Positions 27,673 to 28,883 of a stretch of 28,883 bases of DNA are shown piece after piece; the stretch's first letter is position 1; each line of letters opens with the position of its first letter. A program made the position numbers and the translations under genes. The stretch spans positions 1 to 28,883 of the forward strand of contig JBBQPO010000044.1 of assembly GCA_038217285.1 (NCBI GenBank). Reading direction: 5' to 3'. Below the pieces are notes generated by a model. It had not been told where the DNA came from. It made no database searches and worked only from the letters and a program-made list of their open reading frames with translations. The DNA is from Chthonomonadales bacterium (lineage in GTDB: Bacteria > Armatimonadota > Chthonomonadetes > Chthonomonadales > Chthonomonadaceae).

Positions 27673-28752
27673 ATGCGATTACCACACATCTACACCTGTT
27701 TGATGTTGATTGGGATCGCAATTCCCAGCTTCAGTCAGGCGCAAAATCGTGCACCCGATTACGCCACGATCATGCGCGGGCTTGAGGCGCATCCTGGTCA
27801 GCTGCGCTCCGTCTCTGCCAAGTACACCATCAGTCAAGGGATGTCAGGATCGTATGCGACTCAGAGTAATATGCCAGCAGACTACGGCTCGCAATCGGTA
27901 ACGGAAGTGGAGTGGGCCTTCAAGGGGCCGAAATACTACGAGCAAGTGACCGACACAAAGGACGAAACGCAGCAGAACGACCATCAGAAAGCCGATGCCA
28001 AATACCACCGGATAACGACCAGAATATTTGATGGCGATAAGGAACACCATTTCGACTCCGCTGACACGTTTACAGGCAGCCGCTATCACTACGATGCCGT
28101 AGTAAGTCCGCCTCACGTAAACTTCACATCGCCGCTTGATTGCGGTTATGTCGTCAACGGCATATGGATAGCGACCGCGCTAAAAGCCGGACAAGGAGCC
28201 CTTGTCGGCACAGAGCAGGATCCTAAGTTCGGACTGCTGTCGATTCTGACCTGCCAGAGTGACCACAACATTACAGTTCGGTTCTGGATTGCGCCCAAAT
28301 ACAACTATATGTCGGTTCGCACGGAGATGACTGCTCTGGTTCCCAATAAGCCGAATGCTAGTATCGTTGAAACCTACCGGTGTCTGGGTGCCGTAAAAGT
28401 AGATAATATATGGATGCCTGGCGTCTGCTCAATCGAAGCCGTCAGGCGTACGGACGGAAGTGACGCACTCGAATTAAAGAATGACTACAAGGACATTTCG
28501 TATCAGGTGAACAATGTTCCGGATAGTCGCTTCGATACGACGATGCCTGCCGGCTCGGTTTTGTCTGACTCTGCTGCGGGCACACGCTACTACATCGGCG
28601 TTCATGGCGAGAAGATCCTGGATGAGACGACTAAAACGGTATCATCGAACGAGTTTCCGTATCGCTGGCTTTTTCTCGGCAGCGTAACGATCCTTCTGGC
28701 GTTGGTGATGGGAGTCATGGCAAAATGGCGTCGTCGCAGCGCCAACGCTTGA
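27673..28752 (+). CDS. Hypothetical exported beta-rich protein with C-terminal TM anchor and basic tail
   Basis: AGGAG RBS before ATG 27673; signal peptide ending SQA; C-terminal WLFLGSVTILLALVMGVMAKWRRR. Confidence 0.75.
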   Translation: MRLPHIYTCLMLIGIAIPSFSQAQNRAPDYATIMRGLEAHPGQLRSVSAKYTISQGMSGSYATQSNMPADYGSQSVTEVEWAFKGPKYYEQVTDTKDETQQNDHQKADAKYHRITTRIFDGDKEHHFDSADTFTGSRYHYDAVVSPPHVNFTSPLDCGYVVNGIWIATALKAGQGALVGTEQDPKFGLLSILTCQSDHNITVRFWIAPKYNYMSVRTEMTALVPNKPNASIVETYRCLGAVKVDNIWMPGVCSIEAVRRTDGSDALELKNDYKDISYQVNNVPDSRFDTTMPAGSVLSDSAAGTRYYIGVHGEKILDETTKTVSSNEFPYRWLFLGSVTILLALVMGVMAKWRRRSANA

Positions 28753-28883
28753 CGACGCTATGTGCGGCTCTCTTTGCCGTGTCTATCCTCGTCACACGGA
28801 TTCCCCATCCTCACCCTCAATAGGGTGGGTGCGGCCCAACAAGTCTCTATGCGTTGACACATAGGGTGCTCACAGGAGTTAAA

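Noticed and set aside
25569-27785. 738-aa plus-strand ORF
   Set aside because: Antisense shadow of rtcB plus an off-frame overlap with the SARP-like gene; no recognisable motifs.

Overview
GC-rich bacterial chromosomal window, probably Armatimonadota (inferred from a prepilin/DUF1559 H-X9-DG protein, a PEP-CTERM protein and a SARP/BTAD-NTPase-TPR regulator). It holds about 22 intact genes, including a secreted M16B peptidase pair, a lone receiver plus ECF sigma factor, an oxidoreductase, a LacI regulator, a ComEC-type MBL protein, hydrolases, a TolB-like protein and rtcB. It also holds several 5'-truncated remnants (GGDEF, ISL3 transposase, nuclease, hsdM, methyltransferase). Strongest observations: (1) an otherwise intact PhnP-like metallo-hydrolase has an in-frame TGA exactly at a conserved Cys of its CxCxxC zinc motif, so it is a candidate selenoprotein or a nonsense allele; (2) a 125-bp MITE with 13-bp perfect TIRs and a CTAA duplication sits at a stop codon; (3) a structured leader and a Cys-rich, PPxxPP-ending ORF precede a DUF1559 + ComEC-like operon, resembling metal-sensing leader systems; (4) back-to-back GGAAC-N17-CGTY ECF-type promoters face an Sm-like gene and a general stress gene; (5) SARP-style direct repeats lie upstream of the PEP-CTERM gene. 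All family calls come from motif recognition, not database searches. No CRISPR array, tRNA or rRNA was seen.
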